A stretch of DNA of 64,000 nt from the human T2T-CHM13v2.0 reference genome, Homo sapiens, in assembly GCF_009914755.1 (NCBI RefSeq), contig NC_060943.1, one strand, 5' to 3'. Positions 1 through 13,300 of this stretch are shown here, in pieces (the stretch's first letter is position 1; every line of letters starts with the position of its first letter). The notes beneath the pieces are model-generated. The model did no database searches. It was not told where the DNA came from and saw only the letters and a program-made list of their open reading frames with translations. The position numbers were made by a program, and so were the translations under genes.

Positions 1-75
1 CTTTCTTTTCATAGAGCAGTTAGGAAACACTCTGTTTGTAAAGTCTGCAAGTGGATATTCATACATCTTTGAGGC

Positions 76-92
76 TTTCGTTGGAAACGGGA
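76..92 (+). promoter_or_regulatory. CENP-B box (first copy; recurs every ~340 bp, roughly three quarters with an intact core)
   Basis: TTTCGTTGGAAACGGGA matches the 17-bp consensus YTTCGTTGGAARCGGGA, including the core NTTCGNNNNANNCGGGN. Confidence 0.95.
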
Positions 93-117
93 TTTCTTCA
101 TATTCTGCTATACAGAA

Positions 118-457
118 GAATTCTCAGAAACTTCCTTGTGTTGTGTGTTTTCAACTCACAGAGTTGAACGATCCTTTACTCAGAGCAGACTTGAAACACT
201 CCTTTTGTGGAATTTGCAAGTGGAGATTTCAGCCGCTTTGAGGTCAATGGTAGAATAGGAAATATCTTCCTAAAGAAACTAGACAGAATGATTCTCAGAA
301 ACTCCTTTGTGCTGTGTGCGTTCAACTCACAGAGTTTAACCTTTCTTTTCATAGAACAGTTAGGGAACACTCTGTTTGTAAAGTCTGCAAGTGGATATTC
401 AGACATCTTTGAGGCTTTCGTTGGAAACGGGATTTCTTCATATTCTGCTAGACAGAA
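118..457 (+). repeat. Representative 340-bp EcoRI dimer unit (two diverged alphoid monomers)
   Basis: GAATTC at 118-123 and again at 458-463. The two halves share TTCTCAGAAACT, TCAACTCACAGAGTT, AAACACTC and GCAAGTGGA. Confidence 0.95.
150..168. other. 8-bp dyad symmetry TTCAACTC-ACA-GAGTTGAA, present in most dimers
   Basis: Perfect inverted repeat with a 3-nt spacer read directly. The sister monomer has one mismatch (GAGTTTAA). Confidence 0.85.
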
Positions 458-584
458 GAATTCTCAGAAACTTCCTGGTGTTGTGTGTTTTCAACTCACA
501 GAGTTCAACGATCCTTTACACAGAGTAGACTTGAAACACTCTTTTCGTGGAATTGGCAAGTGGAGATTTCAGCCGCTTTGAGGT

Positions 585-601
585 CAATGGTAGAAAAGGA
601 A
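585..601 (+). other. A-type monomer box (pJ-alpha-like site) at the position equivalent to the CENP-B box in the alternate monomer
   Basis: CAATGGTAGAAAAGGAA lies 169 bp after the CENP-B box at 416 and resembles the A-box consensus CTAYGGTGRAAAAGGAA. The alternative allele CAATGGTAGAATAGGAA is at 245-261. Confidence 0.7.
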
Positions 602-3600
602 ATATCTTCGTATAAAAACTAGACAGAGTGATTCTCAGAAACTCCTTTGTGATGTGTGCGTTCAACTCACAGAGTTTAACCTTTCTTTTCATAGAGCAGA
701 TAGGAAACACTCTGTTTGTAAAGTCTGCAAGTGGATATTCAGACCTCCTTGAGGCCTTCATTGGAAACGGGATTTCTTCATATTCTGCTAGACAGAAGAA
801 TTCTCAGAAACTTCCTTGTGTTGTGTGTATTCAACTCACAGAGTTGAACGATCGTTTACACAGAGCAGACTTGAAACACTCTTGTTGTGGAATTTGCAAG
901 TGGAGATTTCAGCCGCTTTGAGGTCAATGGTAGAATAGTAAATATCTTCCTAAAGAAACTAGACAGAATGATTCTCAGAAACTCCTTTGTGCTGTGTGCG
1001 TTCAACTCACAGAGTTTAACCTTTCTTTTCATAGAGCAGTTAGGAAACACTCTGTTTGTAAAGTCTGCAAGTGGATATTCAGACATCTTTGAGGCTTTCG
1101 TTGGAAACGGGATTTCTTCATATTCTGCTAGACAGAAGAATTCTCAGAAACTTCCTTGTGTTGTGTGTATTCAACTCACAGAGTTGAACGATCGTTTACA
1201 CAGAGCAGACTTGAAGCACTCTTTTTGTGGAATTTGCAAGTGGAGATTTCAGCCGCTTTGAGGTCAATGGTAGAAAAGGAAATATCTTCGTATAAAAACT
1301 AGACAGAACGATTCTCAGAAACTCCTTTGTGATGTGTGCGTTCAACTCACAGAGTTTAACCTTTCTTTTCATAGAGCAGTTAGGAAACACTCTGTTTGTA
1401 AAGTCTGCAAGTGGATATTCAGACCTCCTTGAGGCCTTCGTTGGAAACGGGATTTCTTCATATTCTGCTAGACAGAAGAATTCTCAGTAACTTCCTTGTG
1501 TTGTGTGTATTCAACTCACAGAGTTGAACGATCCTTTACACAGAGCATACTTGAAACACTCTTGTTTTGGAATTTGCAAGTGGAGATTTCAGCCGATTTG
1601 AGGTCAATGGTAGAATAGGAAATATCTTCCTATAGAAACTAGACAGAATGATTCTCAGAAACTCCTTTGTGATGTGTGCGTTCAACTCACAGAGTTTAAC
1701 CTTTCTTTTCATAGAGCAGTTAGGAAACACTCTGTTTGTAAAGTCTGCAAGTGGATATTCAGACCTCTTTGAGGCCTTCGTTGGAAACGGGATTTCTTCA
1801 TATTCTGCTAGACAGAAGAATTCTCAGTAACTTCCTTGTGGTGTGAGAATTCAACTCACAGAGTTGAACGATCCTTTACACAGAGCAGACTTGAAACACT
1901 CTTTTTGTGGAATTTGCAAGTGGAGATTTCACCCGCTTTGTGGTCAATAGTAGAATAGGAAATATCTTCCTATAGAAACTAGACAGAATGATTGTCAGAA
2001 ACTCCTTTGTGATGTGTGCGTTCAACTCACAGAGTTTAACCTTTCTTTTCATAGAGCAGTTAGGAAACACTCTGTTTGTAAAGTCTGCAAGTGGATATTC
2101 AGACATCTTTGAGGCTTTCGTTGGAAACGGGATTTCTTCATATTCTGCTAGACAGAAGAATTCTCAGAAACTTCCTTGTGTTGTGTGTATTCAACTCACA
2201 GAGTTGAACGATCGTTTACACAGAGCAGACTTGTAACACTACTTTTGTGGAATTTGCAAGTGGAGATTTCAGCCGCTTTGAGGTCAATGGTAGAATAGGA
2301 AATATCTTCGTATAAAAACTAGACAGAATGATTCTCAGAAACTCCTTTGTGCTGTGTGCGTTCAACTCACAGAGTTTAACCTTTCTTTTCATAGAGCAGT
2401 TAGGAAACACTCTGTTTGTAAAGTCTGCAAGTGGATATTCAGACCTCTTTGAGGCCTTCGTTGGAAACGGGATTTCTTCATATTATGCTAGACAGAAGAA
2501 TTCTCAGTAACTTCCTTGTGTTGTGTGTATTCAACTCACAGAGTTGAACGATCCTTTACACAGAGCAGACTTGAAACAATCTTTTTGTGGAATTTGCAAG
2601 TGGAGATTTCAGCCGATTTGAGGTCAATGGTAGAAAAGGAAATATCTTCGTATAAAAACTAGACAGAATGATTCTCAGAAACTCCTTTGTGATGTGTGCG
2701 TTCAACTCACAGAGTTTAACCTTTCTTTTCATAGAGCAGTTAGGAAACACTCTGTTTGTAAAGTCTGCAAGTGGATATTCAGACCTCCTTGAGGCCTTCG
2801 TTGGAAACGGGATTTCTTCATTTTATGCTAGACAGAAGAATTCTCAGTAACTTCCTTCTGTTGTGTGTATTCAACTCACAGAGTTGAACGATCCTTTACA
2901 CAGAGCATACTTGAAACACTCTTGTTGTGGAATTTGCAAGTGGAGATTTCAGCCGCTTTGAGGTCAATGGTAGAATAGGAAATATCTTCCTATAGAAACT
3001 AGACAGAATGATTCTCAGAAACTACTTTGTGATGTGTGCGTTCAACTCACAGAGTTTAACCTTTCTTTTCATAGAGCAGTTAGGAAACACTCTGTTTGTA
3101 AAGTCTGCAAGTGGATATTCAGACCTCTTTGAGGCCTTCGTTGGAAACGGGATTTCTTCATATTCTGCTAGACAGAAGAATTCTCAGTAACTTCCTTGTG
3201 TTGTGTGAATTCAACTCACAGAGTTGAACGATCCTTTACACAGAGCAGACTTGAAACACCCTTTTTGTGGAATTTGCAAGTGGAGATTTCAGCCGCTTTG
3301 TGGTCAATAGTAGAATAGGAAATATCTTCCTATAGAAACTAGACAGAATGATTCTCAGAAACTCCTTTGTGATGTGTGCGTTCAACTCACAGAGTTTAAC
3401 CTTTCTTTTCATAGAGCAGTTAGGAAACACTCTGTTTGTAAAGTCTGCAAGTGGATATTCAGACATCTGTGATGCTTTCGATGCAAACGGGATTTCTTCA
3501 TATTCTGCTAGACAGAAGAATTCTCAGAAACTTCCTTGTGTTGTGTGTATTCAACTCACAGAGTTGAACGATCCTTTACTCAGAGCAGACTTGAAACACT

Positions 3601-4309
3601 ACTTTGTGGAATTTGCAAGTGGAGATTTCAGCCGCTTTGAGGTCAATGGTAGAATAGGAAATATCTTCCTAAAGAAACTAGACAGAATGATTCTCAGAAT
3701 CTCCTTTGTGATGTGTGCGTTCAACTCACAGAGTTTAACCTTTCTTTTCATAGGGCAGTTAGGAAACACTCTGTTTGTAAAGTCTGCAAGTGGATATTCA
3801 GATCTCTTTGAGGCCTTCGTTGGAAACGGGATTTCTTCATATTATGCTAGACAGAAGAATTCTCAGTAACTTCCTTGTGTTGTGTGTATTCAACTCACAG
3901 AGTTGAACGATCGTTTACACAGAGCAGACTTGAAACACTCTTTTTGTGGAATTGGCAAGTGGAGATTTCATCGGCTTTGAGGTCAATGGTAGAAAAGGAA
4001 ATATCTTCGTATAAAAACTAGACAGAATGATTCTCAGAAACTCCTTTGTGATGTGTGCGTTCAACTCACAGAGTTTAACCTTTCTTTTCATAGAGCAGTT
4101 AGGAAACACTCTGTTTGTAAAGTCTGCAAGTGGATATTCAGACCTCCTTGAGGCCTTCGTTGGAAACGGGATTTCTTCATATTCTGCTAGACAGAAGAAT
4201 TCTCAGTAACTTCCTTGTGTTGTGTGAATTCAACTCACAGAGTTGAACGATCCTTTACACAGAGCAGACTTGAAACACTCGTTTTGTGGAACTTGCAAGT
4301 GGAGATTTC

Positions 4310-7300
4310 AGCCGCTTTGTGGTCAATAGTAGAATAGGAAATATCTTCCTATAGAAACTAGACAGAATGATTCTCAGAAACTCCTTTGTGATGTGTGCGT
4401 TCAACTCACAGAGTTTAACCTTTCTTTTCATAGAGCAGTTAGGAAACACTCTGTTTGTAAAGTCTGCAAGTGGATATTCAGACATCTTTGAGGCTTTCGT
4501 TGGAAACGGGATTTCTTCATATTCTGCTAGACAGACGAATTCTCAGAAACTTCCTTGTGTTGTGTGTTTTCAACTCACAGAGTTGAACGATGCTTTACAC
4601 AGAGTAGACTTGAAACACTCTTTTTGTGGAATTTGCAAGTGGAGATTTCAGCCGCTTTGAGGTCAATGGTAGAAAAGGAAATATCTTCGTATAAAAACTA
4701 GACAGAATGATTCTCAGAAACTCCTTTGTGATGTGTGCGTTCAACTCAGAGAGTTTAACCTTTCTTTTCATAGAGCAGTTAGGAAACACTCTGTTTGTAA
4801 AGTCTGCAAGTGGATATTCAGACCTCTTTGAGGCCTTCGTTGGAAACAGGATTTCTTCATATTCTGCTAGACAGAAGAATTCTCAGAAACTTCCTTGTGT
4901 TGTGTGAATTCAACTCACAGAGTTGAACGATCCTTTACACAGAGTAGACTTGAAACACTCTTTTTTTGGAATTTGCAAGTGGAGATTTAAGCCGCTTTGT
5001 GGTCAATAGTAGAATAGGTAATATCTTCCTATAGAAACTAGACAGAATGGTTGTCAGAAACTCCTTTGTGATGTGTGCGTTCAACTCACAGAGTTTAACC
5101 TTTCTTTTCATAGAGCAGTTAGGAAACAGTCTGTTTGTAAAGTCTGCAAGTGGATATTCAGACATCTGTGATGCTTTCGATGCAAACGGGATTTCTTCAT
5201 ATTCTGCTAGACAGAAGAATTCTCAGAAACTTCCTTGTGTTGTGTGTATTCAACTCACAGAGTTGAACGATCCTTTACTCAGAGCAGACTTGAAACACTA
5301 CTTTGTGGAATTTGCAAGTGGAGATTTCAGCCGCTTTGAGGTCAATGGTAGAATAGGAAATATCTTCCTAAAGAAACTAGACAGAATGATTCTCAGAAAC
5401 TCCTTTGTGATGTGTGCGTTCAACTCACAGAGTTTAACCTTTCTTTTCATAGAGCAGTTAGGAAACACTCTGTTTGTAAAGTCTGCAAGTGGATATTCAG
5501 ACCTCTTTGAGGCCTTCGTTGGAAACGGGATTTCTTCATATTATGCTAGACAGAAGAATTCTCAGTAACTTCCTTGTGTTGTGTGTATTCAACTCACAGA
5601 ATTGAACGATCGTTTACACAGAGCAGACTTGAAACACTCTTTTTGTGGAATTTGCAAGTGGAGATTTCAGCCGCTTTGAGGTCAATTTTAGAAAAGGAAA
5701 TATCTTCGTATAAAAACTAGACAGAATGATTCTCAGAAACTCCTTTGTGATGTGTGCGTTCAACTCACAGAGTTTAACCTTTCTTTTCATAGAGCAGTTA
5801 GGAAACACTCTGTTTGTAAAGTCTGCAAGTGGATATTCAGACCTCTTTGAGGCCTTCGTTGGAAACGGGATTTCTTCATATTCTGCTAGAAAGAAAAATT
5901 CTCAGTAACTTCCTTGTGTTGTGTGTATTCAACTCACAGAGTTGAACGATCCTTTACACAGAGCAGACTTGAAACACTCTTTTTGTGGAATTTGCAAGTG
6001 GAGATTTCAGCCGCTTTGAGGTCAATGGTAGAAAAGGAAATATCTTCGTATAAAAACTAGACAGAATGATTCTGAGAAACTCCTTTGTGATGTGTGCGTT
6101 CAACTCACAGAGTTTAACCTTTCTTTTCATAGAGCAGTTAGGAAACACTCTGTTTGTAAAGTCTGCAAGTGGATATTCAGACATCTTTGAGGCTTTCGTT
6201 GGAAACGGGATTTCTTCATATTCTGCTAGACAGAAGAATTCTCAGAAACTTCCTTGTGTTGTGTGTATTCAACTCACAGAGTTGAACGATCCTTTAATCA
6301 GAGCAGACTTGAAACACTCCTTTTGTGGAATTTGCAAGTGGAGATTTCAGCCGCTTTGAGGTCAATGGTAGAATAGGAAATATCTTCCTATAGAAACTAG
6401 ACAGAATGATTCTCAGAAACTCCTTTGTGATGTGTGCGTTCAACTCACAGAGTTTAACCTTTCTTTTCATAGAGCAGTTAGGAAACACTCTGTTTGTAAA
6501 GTCTGCAAGTGTATATTCAGACATGTTTGAGGATTTCATTGGAAACGGGATTTCTTCATATTCTGCTAGACAGAAGAATTCTCAGAAACTTCCTTGTGTT
6601 GTGTGTTTTCAACTCACAGAGTTCAACGATCCTTTACACAGAGTAGACTTGAAACACTGTTTTTGTGGAATTGGCAAGTGGAGATTTCATCGGCTTTGAG
6701 GTCAATGGTAGAAAAGGAAATATCTTCGTATAAAAACTAGACAGAATGATTCTCAGAAACTCCTTTGTGATGTGTGCGTTCAACTCACAGAGTTTAACCT
6801 TTCTTTTCATAGAGCAGTTAGGAAACACTCTGTTTGTAAAGTCTGCAAGTGGATATTCAGACATCTTTGAGGCCTTCGTTGGAAACGGGATTTCTTCATA
6901 TTATGCTAGACAGAAGAATTGTCAGTAACTTCCTTGTGTTGTGTGTATTCAACTCACAGAGTTGAACGATCCTTTACACAGAGCAGACGTAAAGCACTCT
7001 TTTTGTGGAATTGGCAAGTGGAGATTTCAGCCGCTTTGAGGTCAATGGTAGAAAAGGAAATATCTTCGTATAAAAACTAGACAGAATGATTCTCAGAAAC
7101 TCCTTTGTGATGTGTGCGTTCAACTCACAGAGTTTAACCTTTCTTTTCATAGAGCAGTTAGGAAACACTCTGTTTGTAAAGTCTGCAAGTGGATATTCAG
7201 ACATCTTTCAGGCGTTCATTGGAAACGGGATTTCTTCATATTATGCTAGACAGAAGAATTGTCAGTAACTTCCTTGTGTTGTGTGTATTCAACTCACAGA

Positions 7301-10300
7301 GTTGAACGATCCTTTACACAGAGCAGACTTGAAACACTCTTTTTGTGGAATTTGCAAGTGGAGATTTCAGCCGCTTTGAGGTCAATGGTAGAAAAGGAAA
7401 TATCTTCGTATAAAAACTAGACAGAATGATTCTCAGAAACTCCTTTGTGATGTGTGCGTTCAACTCACAGAGTTGAACCTTTCTTTTCATAGAGCAGTTA
7501 GGAAACACTCTGTTTCTAAAGTCTGCAAGTGGATATTCAGACCTCCTTGAGGCCTTCGTTGGAAACGGGATTTCTTCATATTATGCTAGACAGAAGAATT
7601 CTCAGTAACTTCCTTGTGTTGTGTGTATTCAACTCACAGAGTTGAACGATCCTTTACACAGAGCAGACTTGAAACACTCTTCTTGTGGAATTTGCAAGTG
7701 GAGATTTCAGCCGCTTTGAGGTCAATGGTAGAATAGGAAATATCTTACTGTAGAAACTAGACAGAATGATTCTCAGAAACTCCTTTGTGATGTGTGCGTT
7801 CAACTCACAGAGTTTAACCTTTCTTTTCATAGAGCAGTTAGGAAACACTCTGTTTGTAAAGTCTGCAAGTGGATATTCGGACCTCCTTGAGGCCTTCTTT
7901 GGAAACGGGGTTTCTTCTTATTATGCTAGACAGAAAAATTCTCAGTAACTTCCTTGTGTTGTGTGTATTCAACTCACAGAGTTGAATGATCCTTTACACA
8001 GAGCAGACTTGAAACACTCTTTTTGTGGAATTTGCAAGTGGAGATTTCAGCCGCTTTGAGGTCAATGGTAGAATAGGAAATATCTTCCTATAGAAACTAG
8101 ACAGAATGATTCTCAGAAACTCCTTTGTGATGTGTGCGTTCAACTCACAGAGTTTAACCTTTCTTTTCATAGAGCAGTTAGGAAACAGTCTGTTTGTAAA
8201 GTCTGCAAGTGTATATTCAGACATCTTTGAGGCTTTCGTTGGAAACGGGATTTCCTCATATTCTGCTAGACAGAAGAATTCTCAGAAACTTCCTTCTGTT
8301 GTGTGTTTTCAACTCACAGAGTTCAACGATCCTTTACACAGAGTAGACTTGAAACACTGTTTTTGTGGAATTGGCAAGTGGAGATTTCATCGGCTTTGAG
8401 GTCAATGGTAGAAAAGGAAATATCTTCGTATAAAAACTAGACAGAGTGATTCTCAGAAACTCCTTTGTGATGTCTGCGTTCAACTGACAGAGTTTAACCT
8501 TTCTTTTCATAGAGCAGTTAGGAAACTCTCTGTTTGTAATGTCTGCAAGTGGATATTCAGACCTCCTTGAGGCCTTCGTTGGAAACGGGATTTCCTCATA
8601 TTCTGCTATACAGAAGAATTCTCAGAAACTTCCTTGTGTTGTGTGTATTCAACTCACAGAGTTGAACGATCCTTTACACAGAGCAGACTTGAAGCACTCT
8701 TTTTGTGGAATTGGCAAGTGGAGATTTCAGCCGCTTTGAGGTCAATTGTAGAAAAGGAAATATCTTCGTATAAAAACTAGACAGAATGATTCTCAGAAAC
8801 TCCTTTGTGATGTGTGCGTTCAACTCACAGAGTTTAACCTTTCTTTTCATAGAGCAGTTAGGAAACACTCTGTTTGTAAAGTCTGCAAGTGGATATTCAG
8901 ACATCTTTGAGGCCTTCGTTGGAAACGGGATTTCTTCATATTATGCTAGACAGAAGAATTGTCAGTAACTTCTTGTGTTGTGTGTATTCAACTCACAGAG
9001 TTGAACGATCCTTTACACAGAGTAGACTTGAAACACTGTTTTTGTGGAATTGGCAAGTGGAGATTTCAGCCGCTTTGAGGTCAATGGTAGAAAAGGAAAT
9101 ATCTTCGTATAAAAACTAGACAGAATGATTCTCAGAAACTCCTTTGTGATGTGTGCGTTCAACTCACAGAGTTTAACCTTTCTTTTCATAGAGCAGTTAG
9201 GAAACACTCTGTTTGTAAAGTCTGCAAGTGGATATTCAGACATCTTTGAGGCCTTCGTTGGAAACGGGATTTCTTCATATTATGCTAGACAGAAGAATTG
9301 TCAGTAACTTCCTTGTGTTGTGTGCATTCAACTCACAGAGTTGAACGATCCTTTACACAGAGCAGACGTAAAGCACTCTTTTTGTGGAATTGGCAAGTGG
9401 AGATTTCAGCCGCTTTGTGGTCAATAGTAGAATAGGAAATATCTTCCTATAGAAACTAGACAGAATGATTCTCAGAAACTCCTTTGTGATGTGTGCGTTC
9501 AACTCACAGAGTTTAACCTTTCTTTTCATAGAGCAGTTAGGAAACACTCTGTTTGTAAAGTCTGCAAGTGGATATTCAGACATCTTTGAGGCTTTCGTTG
9601 GAAACGGGATTTCTTCATATTCTGCTAGACAGACGAATTCTCAGAAACTTCCTTGTGTTGTGTGTTTTCAACTCACAGAGTTGAACGATGCTTTAAACAG
9701 AGTAGACTTGAAACACTCTTTTTGTGGAATTTGCAAGTGGAGATTTCAGCCGCTTTGAGGTCAATGGTAGAAAAGGAAATATCTTCGTATAAAAACTAGA
9801 CAGAATGATTCTCAGAAACTCCTTTGTGATGTGTGCGTTAAACTCAGAGAGTTTAACCTTTCTTTTCATAGAGCAGTTAGGAAACACTCTGTTTGTAAAG
9901 TCTGCAAGTGGATATTCAGACCTCTTTGAGGCCTTCGTTGGAAACAGGATTTCTTCATATTCTGCTAGACAGAAGAATTCTCAGAAACTTCCTTGTGTTG
10001 TGTGAATTCAACTCACAGAGTTGACCGATCCTTTACACAGAGTAGACTTGAAACACTCTTTTTTTGGAATTTGCAAGTGGAGATTTAAGCCGCTTTGTGG
10101 TCAATAGTAGAATAGGTAATATCTTCCTATAGAAACTAGACAGAATGGTTGTCAGAAACTCCTTTGTGATGTGTGCGTTCAACTCACAGAGTTTAACCTT
10201 TCTTTTCATAGAGCAGTTAGGAAACAGTCTGTTTGTAAAGTCTGCAAGTGGATATTCTGACATCTGTGATGCTTTCGATGCAAACGGGATTTCTTCATAT

Positions 10301-13300
10301 TCTGCTAGACAGAAGAATTCTCAGAAACTTCCTTGTGTTGTGTGTATTCAACTCACAGAGTTGAACGATCCTTTACTCAGAGCAGACTTGAAACACTACT
10401 TTGTGGAATTTGCAAGTGGAGATTTCAGCCGCTTTGAGGTCAATGGTAGAATAGGAAATATCTTCCTAAAGAAACTAGACAGAATGATTCTCAGAAACTC
10501 CTTTGTGATGTGTGCGTTCAACTCACAGAGTTTAACCTTTCTTTTCATAGAGCAGTTAGGAAACACTCTGTTTGTAAAGTCTGCAAGTGGATATTCAGAC
10601 CTCTTTGAGGCCTTCGTTGGAAACGGGATTTCTTCATATTATGCTAGACAGAAGAATTCTCAGTAACTTCCTTGTGTTGTGTGTATTCAACTCACAGAGT
10701 TGAACGATCGTTTACTCAGAGCAGACTTGAAACACTCTTTTTGTGGAATTTGCAAGTGGAGATTTCAGCCGCTTTGAGGTCAATTTTAGAAAAGGAAATA
10801 TCTTCGTATAAAAACTAGACAGAATGATTCTCAGAAACTCCTTTGTGATGTGTGCGTTCAACTCACAGAGTTTAACCTTTCTTTTCATAGAGCAGTTAGG
10901 AAACACTCTGTTTGTAAATTCTGCAAGTGGATATTCAGACCTCTTTGAGGCCTTCGTTGGAAACGGGATTTCTTCATATTCTGCTAGAAAGAAAAATTCT
11001 CAGTAACTTCCTTGTGTTGTGTGTATTCAACTCACAGAGTTGAACGATCCTTTACACAGAGCAGACTTGAAACACTCTTTTTGTGGAATTTGCAAGTGGA
11101 GATTTCAGCCGCTTTGAGGTCAATGGTAGAAAAGGAAATATCTTCGTATAAAAACTAGACAGAATGATTCTCAGAAACTCCTTTGTGATGTGTGCGTTCA
11201 ACTCACAGAGTTTAACCTTTCTTTTCATAGAGCAGTTAGGAAACACTCTGTTTGTAAAGTCTGCAAGTGCATATTCTGACATCTTTGAGGCTTTCGTTGG
11301 AAACGGGATTTCTTCATATACTGCTAGACAGAAGAATTCTCAGAAACTTCCTTGTGTTGTGCGTATTCAACTCACAGAGTTGAACGATCCTTTAATCAGA
11401 GCAGACTTGAAACACTCCTTTTGTGGAATTTGCAAGTGGAGATTTCAGCCGCTTTGAGGTCAATGGTAGAATAGGAAATATCTTCCTATAGAAACTAGAC
11501 AGAATGATTCTCAGAAACTCCTTTGTGATGTGTGCGTTCAACTCACAGAGTTTAACCTTTCTTTTCATAGAGCAGTTAGGAAACATTCTGTTTGTAAAGT
11601 CTGCAAGTGTATATTCAGACATGTTTGAGGATTTCGTTGGAAACGGGATTTCTTCATATTCTGCTAGACAGAAGAATTCTCAGAAACTTCCTTGTGTTGT
11701 GTGTTTTCAACTCACAGAGTTCAACGATCCTTTACACAGAGTAGACTTGAAACACTGTTTTTGTGGAATTGGCAAGTGGAGATTTCATCGGCTTTGAGGT
11801 CAATGGTAGAAAAGGAAATATCTTCGTATAAAAACTAGACAGAATGATTCTCAGAAACTCCTTTGTGATGTGTGCGTTCAACTCACAGAGTTTAACCTTT
11901 CTTTTCATAGAGCAGTTAGGAAACACTCTGTTTGTAAAGTCTGCAAGTGGATATTCAGACATCTTTGAGGCCTTCGTTGGAAACGGGATTTCTTCATATT
12001 ATGCTAGACAGAAGAATTGTCAGTAACTTCCTTGTGTTGTGTGTATTCAACTCACAGAGTTGAACGATCCTTTACACAGAGCAGACGTAAAGCACTCTTT
12101 TTGTGGAATTGGCAAGTGGAGATTTCAGCCGCTTTGAGGTCAATGGTAGAAAAGGAAATATCTTCGTATAAAAACTAGACAGAATGATTCTCAGAAACTC
12201 CTTTGTGATGTGTGCGTTCAACTCACAGAGTTTAACCTTTCTTTTCATAGAGCAGTTAGGAAACACTCTGTTTGTAAAGTCTGCAAGTGGATATTCAGAC
12301 ATCTTTGAGGCGTTCATTGGAAACGGGATTTCTTCATATTATGCTAGACAGAAGAATTGTCAGTAACTTCCTTGTGTTGTGTGTATTCAACTCACACAGT
12401 TGAACGATCCTTTACACAGAGCAGACTTGAAACACTCTTTTTGTGGAATTTGCAAGTGGAGATTTCAGCCGCTTTGAGGTCAATGGTAGAAAAGGAAATA
12501 TCTTCGTATAAAAACTAGACAGAATGATTCTCAGAAACTCCTTTGTGATATGTGCGTTCAACTCACAGAGTTGAACCTTTCTTTTCATAGAGCAGTTAGG
12601 AAACACTCTGTTTCTAAAGTCTGCAAGTGGATATTCAGACCTCCTTGAGGCCTTCGTTGGAAACGGGATTTCTTCATATTATGCTAGACAGAAGAATTCT
12701 CAGTAACTTCCTTGTGTTGTGTGTATTCAACTCACAGAGTTGAACGATCCTTTACACAGAGCAGACTTGAAACACTCTTCTTGTGGAATTTGCAAGTGGA
12801 GATTTCAGCCGCTTTGAGGTCAATGGTAGAATAGGAAATATCTTACTGTAGAAACTAGACAGAATGATTCTCAGAAACTCCTTTGTGATGTGTGCGTTCA
12901 ACTCACAGAGTTTAACCTTTCTTTTCATAGAGCAGTTAGGAAACACTCTGTTTGTAAAGTCTGCAAGTGGATATTCGGACCTCCTTGAGGCCTTCTTTGG
13001 AAACGGGGTTTCTTCTTATTATGCTAGACAGAAAAATTCTCAGTAACTTCCTTGTGTTGTGTGTATTCAACTCACAGAGTTGAATGATCCTTTACACAGA
13101 GCAGACTTGAAACACTCTTTTTGTGGAATTTGCAAGTGGAGATTTCAACCGCTTTGAGGTCAATGGTAGAATAGGAAATATCTTCCTATAGAAACTAGAC
13201 AGAATGATTCTCAGAAACTCCTTTGTGATGTGTGCGTTCAACTCACAGAGTTTAACCTTTCTTTTCATAGAGCAGTTAGGAAACAGTCTGTTTGTAAAGT

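Noticed and set aside
3348-3869. Longest ORFs (173 aa; also 5047 and 10145)
   Set aside because: Created by a 1-bp deletion that makes one dimer 339 bp and so fuses frames of adjacent repeats.
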